A stretch of 64,000 nt of DNA from an uncultured Candidatus Saccharibacteria bacterium. Its GTDB lineage: Bacteria; Patescibacteriota; Minisyncoccia; Minisyncoccales; CAZKCU01. The translations under genes were made by a program, and so were the position numbers. The stretch lies in contig CAZKCU010000001.1 of the NCBI GenBank assembly GCA_964551595.1, positions 65,246 through 129,245 of the forward strand, in the 5' to 3' direction. Positions within the stretch are counted from its first letter, which is position 1. Each line of letters starts with the position of its first letter. Shown here piece after piece: positions 48,409 to 56,404 of the stretch. The notes under the pieces are model-generated. The model was not told the origin of the DNA. It saw nothing but the letters and a program-made list of their open reading frames with translations, and searched no databases.

Positions 48409-49974
48409 TTATTTCCGTCGAACTTTCTCAGTCGGCCAAAAACCCATGTATTTGCCAAACATCCACCTGGTTTGGGCATCCAAAGCCGGCAAGGAAGTAA
48501 AAAATATCATAATTAAGGGAAGTAAAAACCACTCAGTTGCTAAAATCAGATATTTAAAGCGGCCGTATTCAGGCGGCTTTGGGGGAAGTAAAAGGATACT
48601 AAAATAAGCTGAACTAATCAATCCGACCATGGCTAAGGTTAAAATACGACTTATTATCTTGGGTAAATTATAGGAAATCAAAGTCTGGGAAAAATCAGTC
48701 CCTCCCAAAACTAAAGGCAACCAACCTAATAAAAAAATCATAATTGAAACAGTTGCCCAGGACCAATGGCTTTCAATTATTTCGAATCCCTGAGAAAATT
48801 TTTTTGAAAGAGGGATTTTTTTGTTCTTCAGAAAACCAAAAAGGAAAAAAGCAATATCCCCTACTCCGTAAGCCCACCTTCTTTGCTGTTTGTAAATATT
48901 AATTATGGTTCGTCGAAAATTCTTTGCTACATTGGCATCCATTGAAACCGGATAAAAAATTGGACAAACCTGGTAATCTCCGTCATATTTTAAAAAACAT
49001 TGCCAAAAAATTCTTGAATCATCAGAAACAACCCCGGGATCTTTAAAGCCGACTTCAAAGAGAGCCTGAAAACTCATTGAATGAGAAGAAAAAGTAACTA
49101 ACTTTTCCGGCCTCTCCTGGTTCATAGTATGCCAAAAAGTTGAAGAAAAAGAAAAAACCCGAGAAAGTACTGAAGCCTGCCAGATATTATTAATATAAAG
49201 AGGAATAGGCTGAAAACTAGTTCTAGTCGGTTTGGGACAAGTTAAGTAATGCCAGGTTACACAACTGAAATATTTTTTAAAAACACAAGTATCAGCATCC
49301 AAAGAAGAAACAATAATATTTTGGTAGGGAATTTTCAGGGGGTCAATAATGAGAAATTTTGCTTTTTTAGCTGCCCAAGTCTCATTCGAACCTTTGCCAG
49401 CAATTTCTCTTGGCAAATTTGCCGGATGCCAGGTTATTAAAAACTTGAAGAATTTATCCCCAAACTCTTTCTCAATGATTTGGCTAGTTTTTACAACCTC
49501 TTTTTTTACTTTTTCCTCACAAGCTAAAACCACAATTATTTTATTTTTCGGATAATCAGTATTTTCCAAGGCCAAAAAAGTATCCCGAATAATCTCTAAA
49601 GGTTCTTTATACATTGGAAAGATAATTAAATGATAAATATCTTTCCAGTTTTTAAGATTTAAGGTACCAGATGGAAAATGTAAGTTGTTTAGTTTTTGAA
49701 TCCAATCAATTTTTTCGTGCTCTTTCATTTTTTGGTAGCCAAACCTAAGATGAAAGGAAAGATAAACTGTTCTAAAAAACCAAAAAATTACAAAAAGGAT
49801 AATAAAAATGGCAATTAAAAAGGGTTTTTTCCAAGAAAAAACAATAATCAAAATTAAAGTTCCCCAGGATAAGGCCCCGGGAAGAACTTCAAAAAATCTG
49901 TAAATCATCTTATCTTTTGAATTTTTAAGGTCGGCGGCTCGAGAAATTTTTAAATAAAATTTATTCTTATCCAT
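48409..49974 (-). CDS. Membrane-embedded processive family-2 glycosyltransferase (cellulose/chitin-synthase-like)
   Basis: 521 aa. TM helices at both ends, SLDADT (DxD) and QQRRW (QxxRW) motifs. Confidence 0.8.
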   Translation of the reverse strand: MDKNKFYLKISRAADLKNSKDKMIYRFFEVLPGALSWGTLILIIVFSWKKPFLIAIFIILFVIFWFFRTVYLSFHLRFGYQKMKEHEKIDWIQKLNNLHFPSGTLNLKNWKDIYHLIIFPMYKEPLEIIRDTFLALENTDYPKNKIIVVLACEEKVKKEVVKTSQIIEKEFGDKFFKFLITWHPANLPREIAGKGSNETWAAKKAKFLIIDPLKIPYQNIIVSSLDADTCVFKKYFSCVTWHYLTCPKPTRTSFQPIPLYINNIWQASVLSRVFSFSSTFWHTMNQERPEKLVTFSSHSMSFQALFEVGFKDPGVVSDDSRIFWQCFLKYDGDYQVCPIFYPVSMDANVAKNFRRTIINIYKQQRRWAYGVGDIAFFLFGFLKNKKIPLSKKFSQGFEIIESHWSWATVSIMIFLLGWLPLVLGGTDFSQTLISYNLPKIISRILTLAMVGLISSAYFSILLLPPKPPEYGRFKYLILATEWFLLPLIMIFFTSLPALDAQTRWMFGKYMGFWPTEKVRRK

Positions 49975-50007
49975 GAATTAGTTGTTTTTTTATATTTAAA
50001 ATAGAAG

Positions 50008-50079
50008 CGGCCCCATGGGTAGTCGAAACCCAGTTTTTTGGATGAAAACCAAATGTCCTAACCACTAGACGATGGGGCC
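50008..50079 (-). tRNA. tRNA-Glu (anticodon UUC)
   Basis: GGCCCCA acceptor. D-arm GTC-TAGTGGTTAG-GAC. Anticodon arm TTTGG-TTTTCAT-CCAAA. T-loop TTCGACT. Confidence 0.9.
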
Positions 50080-50140
50080 ATTTTTTAAATTTTACCTTAA
50101 AAATTGAAAAAAAGCAAGATTTTAGATAAAATAATGGAAC

Positions 50141-51190
50141 ATGAACATTTTAGCTATTGAAACATCATGCGACGATACCTGTGTCGCTGTATTGAAAGTT
50201 GGAAATTGTAAATTGAAAATTCTAAGCAACATCGTTTCCTCCCAGGTAAAAATTCATGCAAAATATGGAGGGGTTTATCCAACTTTAGCAAAAAGAGAAC
50301 ATCAGAAAAATTTGCCTTTGGTATTGAAAAGAGCTTTAAACAAAGCCAAGGGCCCAAAAGTTGATTTAGTTGCCGTAACTGTTGGACCAGGATTAGATCC
50401 TTGTTTGTGGACAGGAGTAAATTTTGCCAAAGATTTAGCCCAAAAATCAGACCTGTCAATAATTCCTGTAAATCATATTGAGGCACACATACTCGCCAAC
50501 TTTATTAATGAACAACGAACAACGAACAACGAACAGTTATTTCCGGCGATTTGTTTAGTAGTTTCCGGTGGCCATACCCAATTAATTTTGATGAGAGGGT
50601 ACGGGAAATACAAAATTTTAGGTGAAACAAGAGACGATGCGGCTGGCGAATGCTTTGATAAAATAGCCAGAATTTTAGGGTTAGGATATCCGGGAGGCCC
50701 ATTAATTGCTGCCGAGGCAGCAAAACTAAAAACTAAAAACTATCAACTAAAAATTAAATTGCCGAGGCCAATGATCTATCAAAGAAATTATGACTTCAGT
50801 TTTTCAGGGCTAAAAACAGCAGTTTTATATAATTTCAAAAGCCAATCAGAAAAAATCAGGAAATCAAAAAAATATATTCAGGCAATATCCGCTGAAGCTC
50901 AACAAGCAATAATTGACGTTTTGATTAAAAAAACCGTTCGAGCTGCCAAAGATTATAAAGCAAAAACTATAATTCTTGGCGGCGGGGTTGCTGCCAATGA
51001 TGAATTACGTAAGCAACTTATGTCAAATGTCAAATGTCAAATGTCAAATGTTAAATTCTTGGTTCCGCCAAAAAAATTCTGTACTGATAATGGAGCAATG
51101 GTAGCGGTAACTGCTTATTCTCATTGGTTTTGGGGAAAAGAGAAAAAACCAAAAAGTGTTGAAGCAAATGCCAATTTAAGGTTAGAATAA
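50141..51190 (+). CDS. tsaD: tRNA N6-threonylcarbamoyladenosine (t6A) synthesis protein TsaD
   Basis: 349 aa. ILAIETSCDDT, HIEAH, VVSGGHTQL, DFSFSGLKT, CTDNGAMVA. Confidence 0.95.
   Translation: MNILAIETSCDDTCVAVLKVGNCKLKILSNIVSSQVKIHAKYGGVYPTLAKREHQKNLPLVLKRALNKAKGPKVDLVAVTVGPGLDPCLWTGVNFAKDLAQKSDLSIIPVNHIEAHILANFINEQRTTNNEQLFPAICLVVSGGHTQLILMRGYGKYKILGETRDDAAGECFDKIARILGLGYPGGPLIAAEAAKLKTKNYQLKIKLPRPMIYQRNYDFSFSGLKTAVLYNFKSQSEKIRKSKKYIQAISAEAQQAIIDVLIKKTVRAAKDYKAKTIILGGGVAANDELRKQLMSNVKCQMSNVKFLVPPKKFCTDNGAMVAVTAYSHWFWGKEKKPKSVEANANLRLE
50191..50225. repeat. Heptamer block 1 in tsaD
   Basis: ATTGAAA GTTGGAA ATTGTAA ATTGAAA ATTCTAA (5 units, 35 nt). Confidence 0.7.
50507..50541. repeat. 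Heptamer block 2 in tsaD
   Basis: AATGAAC AACGAAC AACGAAC AACGAAC AGTTATT. Encodes NEQRTTNNEQ. Confidence 0.75.
50722..50756. repeat. Heptamer block 3 in tsaD
   Basis: AAAACTA AAAACTA AAAACTA TCAACTA AAAATTA. Encodes KLKTKNYQLKI. Confidence 0.8.
51020..51054. repeat. Heptamer block 4 in tsaD
   Basis: ATGTCAA occurs 4 times, then ATGTTAA. Encodes MSNVKCQMSNVK. Confidence 0.85.
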
Positions 51191-51203
51191 ATATATATAC
51201 CTA

Positions 51204-51229
51204 AGTCTGTCGGTATCAAATACCGACAG
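51204..51229. repeat. Palindromic 26-nt element, intergenic copy (tsaD-valS spacer)
   Basis: AGTCTGTCGGTAT-CAA-ATACCGACAG, a 10-bp stem. Reverse-complement match to 13182-13206. Confidence 0.8.
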
Positions 51230-51252
51230 GCCTATGCCTCACTATTATATAT

Positions 51253-53337
51253 ATGAAACTTCCAAAAATTTACGAACCAAAAAAAGTTGAAAGGAAACTT
51301 TACAATCTCTGGGAAAAGAGTGGTTTTTTTAATCCTGACAAATTGCCGGGTAAAAGAAAAAAAACTTACACCATTGTCATTCCGCCTCCAAATATTACCG
51401 GATCTTTGCACATGGGTCACGCCCTGAATGTGATTTCGCAGGATATTTTAATCCGCTGGAAGCGGCTTCAAGGATATAAAGCTTTGTGGCTGCCAGGAAC
51501 CGACCATGCCGGTATTTCCACTCAATACGTGGTGGAAAAAGAATTAAAAAAAGCAGGTATTACTCGTTTTGATTTGGGTAAAGAAAAATTTATTGAAAGA
51601 GTCTGGCAATGGAAAAAAAAGTATGGAAATATCATTTTGGAACAATTTAAAAAATTGGGATGTTCTTTAGATTGGTCAAGGACCCGTTTTACCATGGACA
51701 ATGATTATAGCAAAGCTGTAAAAGAAGCGTTTTTGCATTATTACAAAAAAGGGTTGATATACCGTGGCAAAAGAGTTGTCAACTGGTGCCCAAGGTGCCA
51801 AACTTCATTGTCTGATTTGGAAATTGAATACAAAGAAGAAAAAGGGAAATTATGGTATATAAAATACCCATTAGTTCAAAGTTCAAAGTTCAAAGTTAAA
51901 AGTTATATTACAGTTGCGACAACTAGACCTGAAACGATGCTTGGGGATACGGCAGTAGCGGTAAATCCTAAAGATAAAAGATACAAAGATTTAATCAGTA
52001 AAAAAGCAATTTTGCCTCTAGTTAATCGTAAAATTCCCATTATTGCTGATAGATTAGTTGACCCTGAATTTGGAACAGGAGCGGTAAAAATTACTCCGGC
52101 TCACGATTTAACAGATTACCAAATAGGTCAAAAACATAATTTGGAAAGCTGCCAAGTTATTAATGAAAGAGGTGAAATTACAAAAGAAGCCCCTCTTCCC
52201 TACCAAGAGTTAAAGGTTCTTCAAGCTCGCCAAAAAGTAATAAAAGACTTAAAAGAACTGGGGCTTTTAGAAAAAATTGAATATTATACTCATCAAATTC
52301 CCAAATGTTATCGCTGTTCTGCCATTTTAGAATTAATTCCTTCTGAGCAATGGTTTTTAAAAATGAAAGAACTTGCCAAAATGGCAGAAAGACCAGTAAA
52401 GGAAGGAAAAATAAAATTTCATCCAAAAAAATTTGAAAAACCATATTTTGAATGGCTAAAAAATATAAAAGATTGGTGTATTTCTCGGCAGATTTGGTGG
52501 GGCCATAAAATTCCTCTAAAGGGCGAAGCTGACGTTTTGGATACCTGGTTTTCTTCAGCACTTTGGCCGTTCGCGACTCTTGGCTGGCCAAAATCAACAA
52601 AGGATTTGAAAAGATTTTATCCAACCGATGTCTTAATAACTGCCCGCGATATTATTCCTCTCTGGGTAGTCAGAATGATATTTTCTGGAATGGAATTTAT
52701 GAAAAAAGTTCCGTTTAAAAATGTCTATATCCATGCCATAGTTTTAACCAGAGAGGGAAAAAGAATGTCAAAATCATTGGGCACAGGAGTGGACCCAATA
52801 AATCTTATTGAAAAATACGGAGCTGATGCCACTCGATTTGGAATTGCCTGGCAAATTATGGGAGGACAGGATATAAGATTCGTAGAAGATAATATTGTAA
52901 TGGGAAAAAAATTCTGTAATAAGATTTGGAATGCCTCCCGCTTTATTTTACTACAAATCAAAGCCAACAGAGAACGGTTCTCTGTTAAGTTGGAAAGGGG
53001 TAAAAATTTAACGGCTGCCGATAAAAGAATATTGAAGCTATTAGGCAAAACAATAAAAGCGGTAAATAAGGATTTGGAAAGTTTTCAATTTGGTAAGGCG
53101 GCTCATAACCTTTATCAATTTTTTTGGCATGACTTCTGCGACATATATATTGAAAGAGCTAAAATCCAGGAAGATAAAAAAAATACCCAAAAAATATTAT
53201 TATATGTATTACTAAATTCTCTAAAACTTCTGCATCCTTTCATTCCTTTTATTACCGAGGAAATTTATCAAAAATTGCCGATTAAAAATAAAAAAAGGTC
53301 TCTAATGATTGAGGAATGGCCCAAGCCATTTTCTTAA
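51253..53337 (+). CDS. valS: Valyl-tRNA synthetase (short form, no C-terminal coiled coil)
   Basis: 694 aa. HMGH, editing-domain TTRPET and GTGAVKITPAHD, RMSKSLG (KMSKS). Ends soon after the anticodon-binding domain. Confidence 0.93.
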   Translation: MKLPKIYEPKKVERKLYNLWEKSGFFNPDKLPGKRKKTYTIVIPPPNITGSLHMGHALNVISQDILIRWKRLQGYKALWLPGTDHAGISTQYVVEKELKKAGITRFDLGKEKFIERVWQWKKKYGNIILEQFKKLGCSLDWSRTRFTMDNDYSKAVKEAFLHYYKKGLIYRGKRVVNWCPRCQTSLSDLEIEYKEEKGKLWYIKYPLVQSSKFKVKSYITVATTRPETMLGDTAVAVNPKDKRYKDLISKKAILPLVNRKIPIIADRLVDPEFGTGAVKITPAHDLTDYQIGQKHNLESCQVINERGEITKEAPLPYQELKVLQARQKVIKDLKELGLLEKIEYYTHQIPKCYRCSAILELIPSEQWFLKMKELAKMAERPVKEGKIKFHPKKFEKPYFEWLKNIKDWCISRQIWWGHKIPLKGEADVLDTWFSSALWPFATLGWPKSTKDLKRFYPTDVLITARDIIPLWVVRMIFSGMEFMKKVPFKNVYIHAIVLTREGKRMSKSLGTGVDPINLIEKYGADATRFGIAWQIMGGQDIRFVEDNIVMGKKFCNKIWNASRFILLQIKANRERFSVKLERGKNLTAADKRILKLLGKTIKAVNKDLESFQFGKAAHNLYQFFWHDFCDIYIERAKIQEDKKNTQKILLYVLLNSLKLLHPFIPFITEEIYQKLPIKNKKRSLMIEEWPKPFS
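51873..51907. repeat. 35-nt block of five heptamers inside valS
   Basis: AGTTCAA occurs 3 times, then AGTTAAA AGTTATA. Encodes VQSSKFKVKSY. Confidence 0.85.
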
Positions 53338-53393
53338 TTGCGAAGCAATTGCCCACTGTTCACACACAGCAGGGAGCGAAGCGACCAGTTAAT
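53334..53393 (+). repeat. Interspersed ~60-nt repeat, copy a (core CCCACTGTTCACACACAG)
   Basis: TTAATTGCGAAGCAATTGCCCACTGTTCACACACAGCAGGGAGCGAAGCGACCAGTTAATTA. Near-identical to 56342-56404. Starts at the valS stop codon. Confidence 0.85.
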
Positions 53394-53423
53394 TATTTAA
53401 ACATTAAATATTTAGATGCCTAA

Positions 53424-54164
53424 ATGAACTATTTTTTCTTAATCATCTTAGCTTTTTTGCCTAGTATTATCTGGCTTCTTTTTTATCTCCGTGAGGACGC
53501 TCATCCCGAATCAAACCAGATGATTTTAAAAATTTTCTTTTATGGAATGTTGGCAGCCATTCCAGCAGCTTTAATCGAACTGGGAATTTTTGAGGTCTTT
53601 AATAAATTAAGCCCACTCATTTCTAAATGGGTAGGTATAAATCTTTCTTCAATTCTTATCACCATCTTAAGTATTTTTATTGGAGTAGCTTTAATTGAGG
53701 AAATTATAAAATATTTAGTAATTAAAGAAAAAGTCTTAAATAATCCAGAGTTTGATGAACCGTTGGATGCCATGCTTTACATGATAATTGCCGCCCTGGG
53801 TTTTGCTGCTTTGGAAAATGTTCTGATTTTATTTCCATTGGGTTCCGCTTTTCTAATAGGAGAAGCTCTGGCACTTATATCTCTCCGTTTTGTCGGAGCA
53901 ACATTTTTACATGCTCTTTGCTCAGGATTAGTGGGTTATTTTCTGGGATTGTGTTTTTTTGAAACAAAAAGGCGAGAGAAATTAATTTTGATAGGATTGG
54001 GAATAGCTATTGTCTTGCATGGTCTCTATAATTTTTCTATAATAGTGATGAAAGAAGAGGTAAGGCTTATAATACCTATAATTATTTTAATTGGCCTTGC
54101 TATTGTTATTTCTCTTGGTTTCAAAAAGTTAAAAAAAATGGCGAGCGTCTGTAAAATTAGATAA
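53424..54164 (+). CDS. PrsW-family intramembrane protease-like protein
   Basis: 246 aa. Polytopic, with motifs LIEEIIKY (EExxK), FLHALCSG, VLHGLYNF (HxxxN). Confidence 0.7.
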   Translation: MNYFFLIILAFLPSIIWLLFYLREDAHPESNQMILKIFFYGMLAAIPAALIELGIFEVFNKLSPLISKWVGINLSSILITILSIFIGVALIEEIIKYLVIKEKVLNNPEFDEPLDAMLYMIIAALGFAALENVLILFPLGSAFLIGEALALISLRFVGATFLHALCSGLVGYFLGLCFFETKRREKLILIGLGIAIVLHGLYNFSIIVMKEEVRLIIPIIILIGLAIVISLGFKKLKKMASVCKIR

Positions 54165-54170
54165 AAAAAT

Positions 54171-54728
54171 ATGTCCTTTCTCGAAAAATTAAAAACCGGT
54201 TCAAATTTTAGCGCAAAAAATTCAGAAAAGCCTGCCCCTCCGAATTTTGTTGCCAAAAGTCTGGAGGAATCTGGCCAAACAAAAGAAAACTCAAAAGAAA
54301 AAAAGAGATTAAAAGTTAAAAAGAAATTTAGTAAATCTAAGCCAGAGACCCAGGAAGCAATACAAGAAGAAAAAATTAAAAAAGAAAAGTGGTTTGAGCC
54401 AGAAGGAGAGTTGGCGGTTGATGTTTATCAAACAGAAAAAGAGCTTGTTATCCTTTCTGCTATTGCTGGCTTAAAATCAGAAGATATAAATATTTCTAGC
54501 CAAGGAGACGTAGTGATAATAAGAGGCAAGCGGGAAAGACCCGTTAAAGATGAAGAAAGAAACTATTTTTATCAGGAATGTTACTGGGGACCATTTTCAA
54601 AAGAGATTATTTTACCAGTAGAAGCTGACGTCTCCAAAGCTGAAGCTTCAATGACCGAAGGGATTTTAGTTATAAGAATACCAAAAATTGAAAGAGAAAA
54701 GGAAAAGAAAATAATAGTTAAAGAGTGA
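54171..54728 (+). CDS. Small heat-shock protein (Hsp20/alpha-crystallin)
   Basis: 185 aa. Lys/Glu-rich N-terminal extension, then ACD: LAVDVYQTEKELVILSAIAGLKSEDINIS...GILVIRIPK. Confidence 0.88.
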   Translation: MSFLEKLKTGSNFSAKNSEKPAPPNFVAKSLEESGQTKENSKEKKRLKVKKKFSKSKPETQEAIQEEKIKKEKWFEPEGELAVDVYQTEKELVILSAIAGLKSEDINISSQGDVVIIRGKRERPVKDEERNYFYQECYWGPFSKEIILPVEADVSKAEASMTEGILVIRIPKIEREKEKKIIVKE

Positions 54729-54745
54729 ATAATTTTCTTCTTTTT

Positions 54746-54781
54746 GAGTGCGGACGGCGGGAGTCGCCCCGCACTTTTTTA
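54746..54781 (+). terminator. Rho-independent terminator after hsp20
   Basis: GTGCGG...CCGCAC stem with an inner GGCG/CGCC stem, followed by T7. Shares CCCCGCACTTTTT with the hairpin at 45-57. Confidence 0.8.
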
Positions 54782-54785
54782 ATTG

Positions 54786-54867
54786 TGTCCCTGGCAGGAT
54801 TCGAACCTGCAACCCTTTCGGGATAGCGTCCTAAGCGCTACGCGTATTCCAGTTCCGCCACAGGGAC
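54786..54867 (-). tRNA. tRNA-Leu (anticodon UAG)
   Basis: Acceptor GTCCCTG/CAGGGAC. Anticodon arm TAGCG-CTTAGGA-CGCTA. Long variable arm TCCCGAAAGGGTT. T-loop TTCGAAT. Confidence 0.9.
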
Positions 54868-54895
54868 AAAAAGTGCTGGGTCCCCAGCACTTTTA
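54868..54895 (-). terminator. Hairpin terminator after the VirB2/TrbC-like gene pair
   Basis: AGTGCTGGG-TC-CCCAGCACT. The minus-strand RNA continues with a U-run before tRNA-Leu. Confidence 0.6.
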
Positions 54896-54974
54896 TTATC
54901 TCATTTTAATACAAAAATAGACAAGAAATTATTCTTTTTCGCTTTTCCTAAAAAACTTAAAATCCCACTCCTTT

Positions 54975-55394
54975 CTATGCAATGCCGGTTATAAGTTTGA
55001 CAATAGCTGGAACAGCTTTGGCTACAAAGCCAAGGGCCAGTCCAATCATTGCATAAATTATATAATTTCTTCCACTAGCTATTCTTTCAGGCGAGCCAGC
55101 AGCGGTCAGAAGAAAAATGGCTCCCAGAATTACAAAAACCGTAGCAAGAGCTACCAAAAAAACAAATATCCAATCAGTAACATTATAGACAACTTGTAAC
55201 AGACAGCATATTGCCTTTTCGCTTCCAACGCCTTCTAATGAAATTAACTCCCCTTCATTACAAGTAAATTCCTTGAGTACTATCGTTCGTTTCATCCTGC
55301 ACGTCTCAGGAGGTATTTGGGCAGTAGTCACTACTGGTAAAGATAAGAAAACTAAAATACTTAACAAAACCAAAGCTGAAAAGATTTTTTTCAT
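54975..55394 (-). CDS. VirB2/TrbC-like (T4SS-pilin-like) small membrane protein with a Cys-rich insert
   Basis: 139 aa. Signal peptide, Cys-rich segment (ETCRMK..FTCNEG..AICC), then a two-helix hairpin FLLTAAGSPERIASGRNYIIYAMIGLALGF. Confidence 0.45.
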   Translation of the reverse strand: MKKIFSALVLLSILVFLSLPVVTTAQIPPETCRMKRTIVLKEFTCNEGELISLEGVGSEKAICCLLQVVYNVTDWIFVFLVALATVFVILGAIFLLTAAGSPERIASGRNYIIYAMIGLALGFVAKAVPAIVKLITGIA

Positions 55395-55453
55395 TTTTAC
55401 TCTTTATATTTTTAAGCTTTTCACTCGACCTTTGCTTTTTAAAAATCTTATTT

Positions 55454-55801
55454 TTAAGGTGATGGGGGTGAAACTCCTATTATTTGTCTTAACACAGAAA
55501 TTAGGCCCTTGGCAAGTAAAATAATAGATAGACCGATTACTGTCCATAAAATTATTTGCTTAGCTGTATCAACTCTTTTAGGGTCTCCACCGGCTGTTAA
55601 AAAGAAAAATGCGGCAATCATTATCATTATGGGAGCGATGGCAATGCCAACATAAAAAATAAAATTGACAATTGAATTTAGGAGGTCTTCGAAACTCTCA
55701 GCTTCTAATGGATTTTCAATTTCAATAATCTGAGCCATTAAAACAGAAGTGGGTAGTAAGGTTAAAGTTCCAATAAAAATTAATAAAAATATTTTCTTCA
55801 T
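55454..55801 (-). CDS. VirB2/TrbC-like (T4SS-pilin-like) small membrane protein
   Basis: 115 aa. Signal peptide, then a hairpin FFFLTAGGDPKRVDTAKQIILWTVIGLSIILLA. Paralogous to the preceding gene. Confidence 0.45.
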   Translation of the reverse strand: MKKIFLLIFIGTLTLLPTSVLMAQIIEIENPLEAESFEDLLNSIVNFIFYVGIAIAPIMIMIAAFFFLTAGGDPKRVDTAKQIILWTVIGLSIILLAKGLISVLRQIIGVSPPSP

Positions 55802-55821
55802 TGTTTTATTTTACTCCGTCT

Positions 55822-56340
55822 CTAATTTTTAGTAAAGACTAAACCATAATGGTAAGCTCCGGCTGTAAATTCTTTCTTAAGCTTAAGTTTAGCATCTTTT
55901 GCCATTTTTTTGACTGAACCTGCTGAGACTCTTCCTTTTTGGGGACCAAAGGGAATTTTGGGCAGCCAATCAACAACTAAAATTTCTCCTCCTTTTTTTA
56001 AAATCCTTTTCGCTTCAGAAAAGGCCCTCCTTTTATTTTCTATCTGAAACAAAAGATTGGTCATTAAAACTAAATCACAACTTTTTTCAATAATATCCAC
56101 CTTTTTTTCTACATTGGCACGAATTGTCTCAATATTTAAAACTTTCTCCAGTTTTGCCCTGCTTTGAAGAGCGGAAAGCGGCTCCTCTAAGATATCAATG
56201 GCATAGATTTTCCCTTCCTCCAATCTTTTAGCCAAAGGAATAACCCAACCGCCTGAGCCGCAACCAAAATCACAAACTGTCATATCTTCTCGCAAATTAA
56301 TATTATTTAATACTTTATTTGGATTTAGGAAACCTTCCAT
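55822..56340 (-). CDS. Class I SAM-dependent methyltransferase
   Basis: VCDFGCGSGGW motif I. The track start (56364) runs into the repeat at 56342-56404, so ATG 56340 (MEGFLNPNK) is preferred. Confidence 0.8.
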   Translation of the reverse strand: MEGFLNPNKVLNNINLREDMTVCDFGCGSGGWVIPLAKRLEEGKIYAIDILEEPLSALQSRAKLEKVLNIETIRANVEKKVDIIEKSCDLVLMTNLLFQIENKRRAFSEAKRILKKGGEILVVDWLPKIPFGPQKGRVSAGSVKKMAKDAKLKLKKEFTAGAYHYGLVFTKN

Positions 56341-56341
56341 A

Positions 56342-56404
56342 TTAATTGCGAAGCAATTGCCCACTGTTCACACACAGCAGGGAGCGAAGCGACCGGTTAA
56401 TTAA
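56342..56404 (+). repeat. Interspersed repeat, copy b
   Basis: TTAATTGCGAAGCAATTGCCCACTGTTCACACACAGCAGGGAGCGAAGCGACCGGTTAATTAATTA. Lies between the gyrA stop and the methyltransferase start. Confidence 0.85.
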
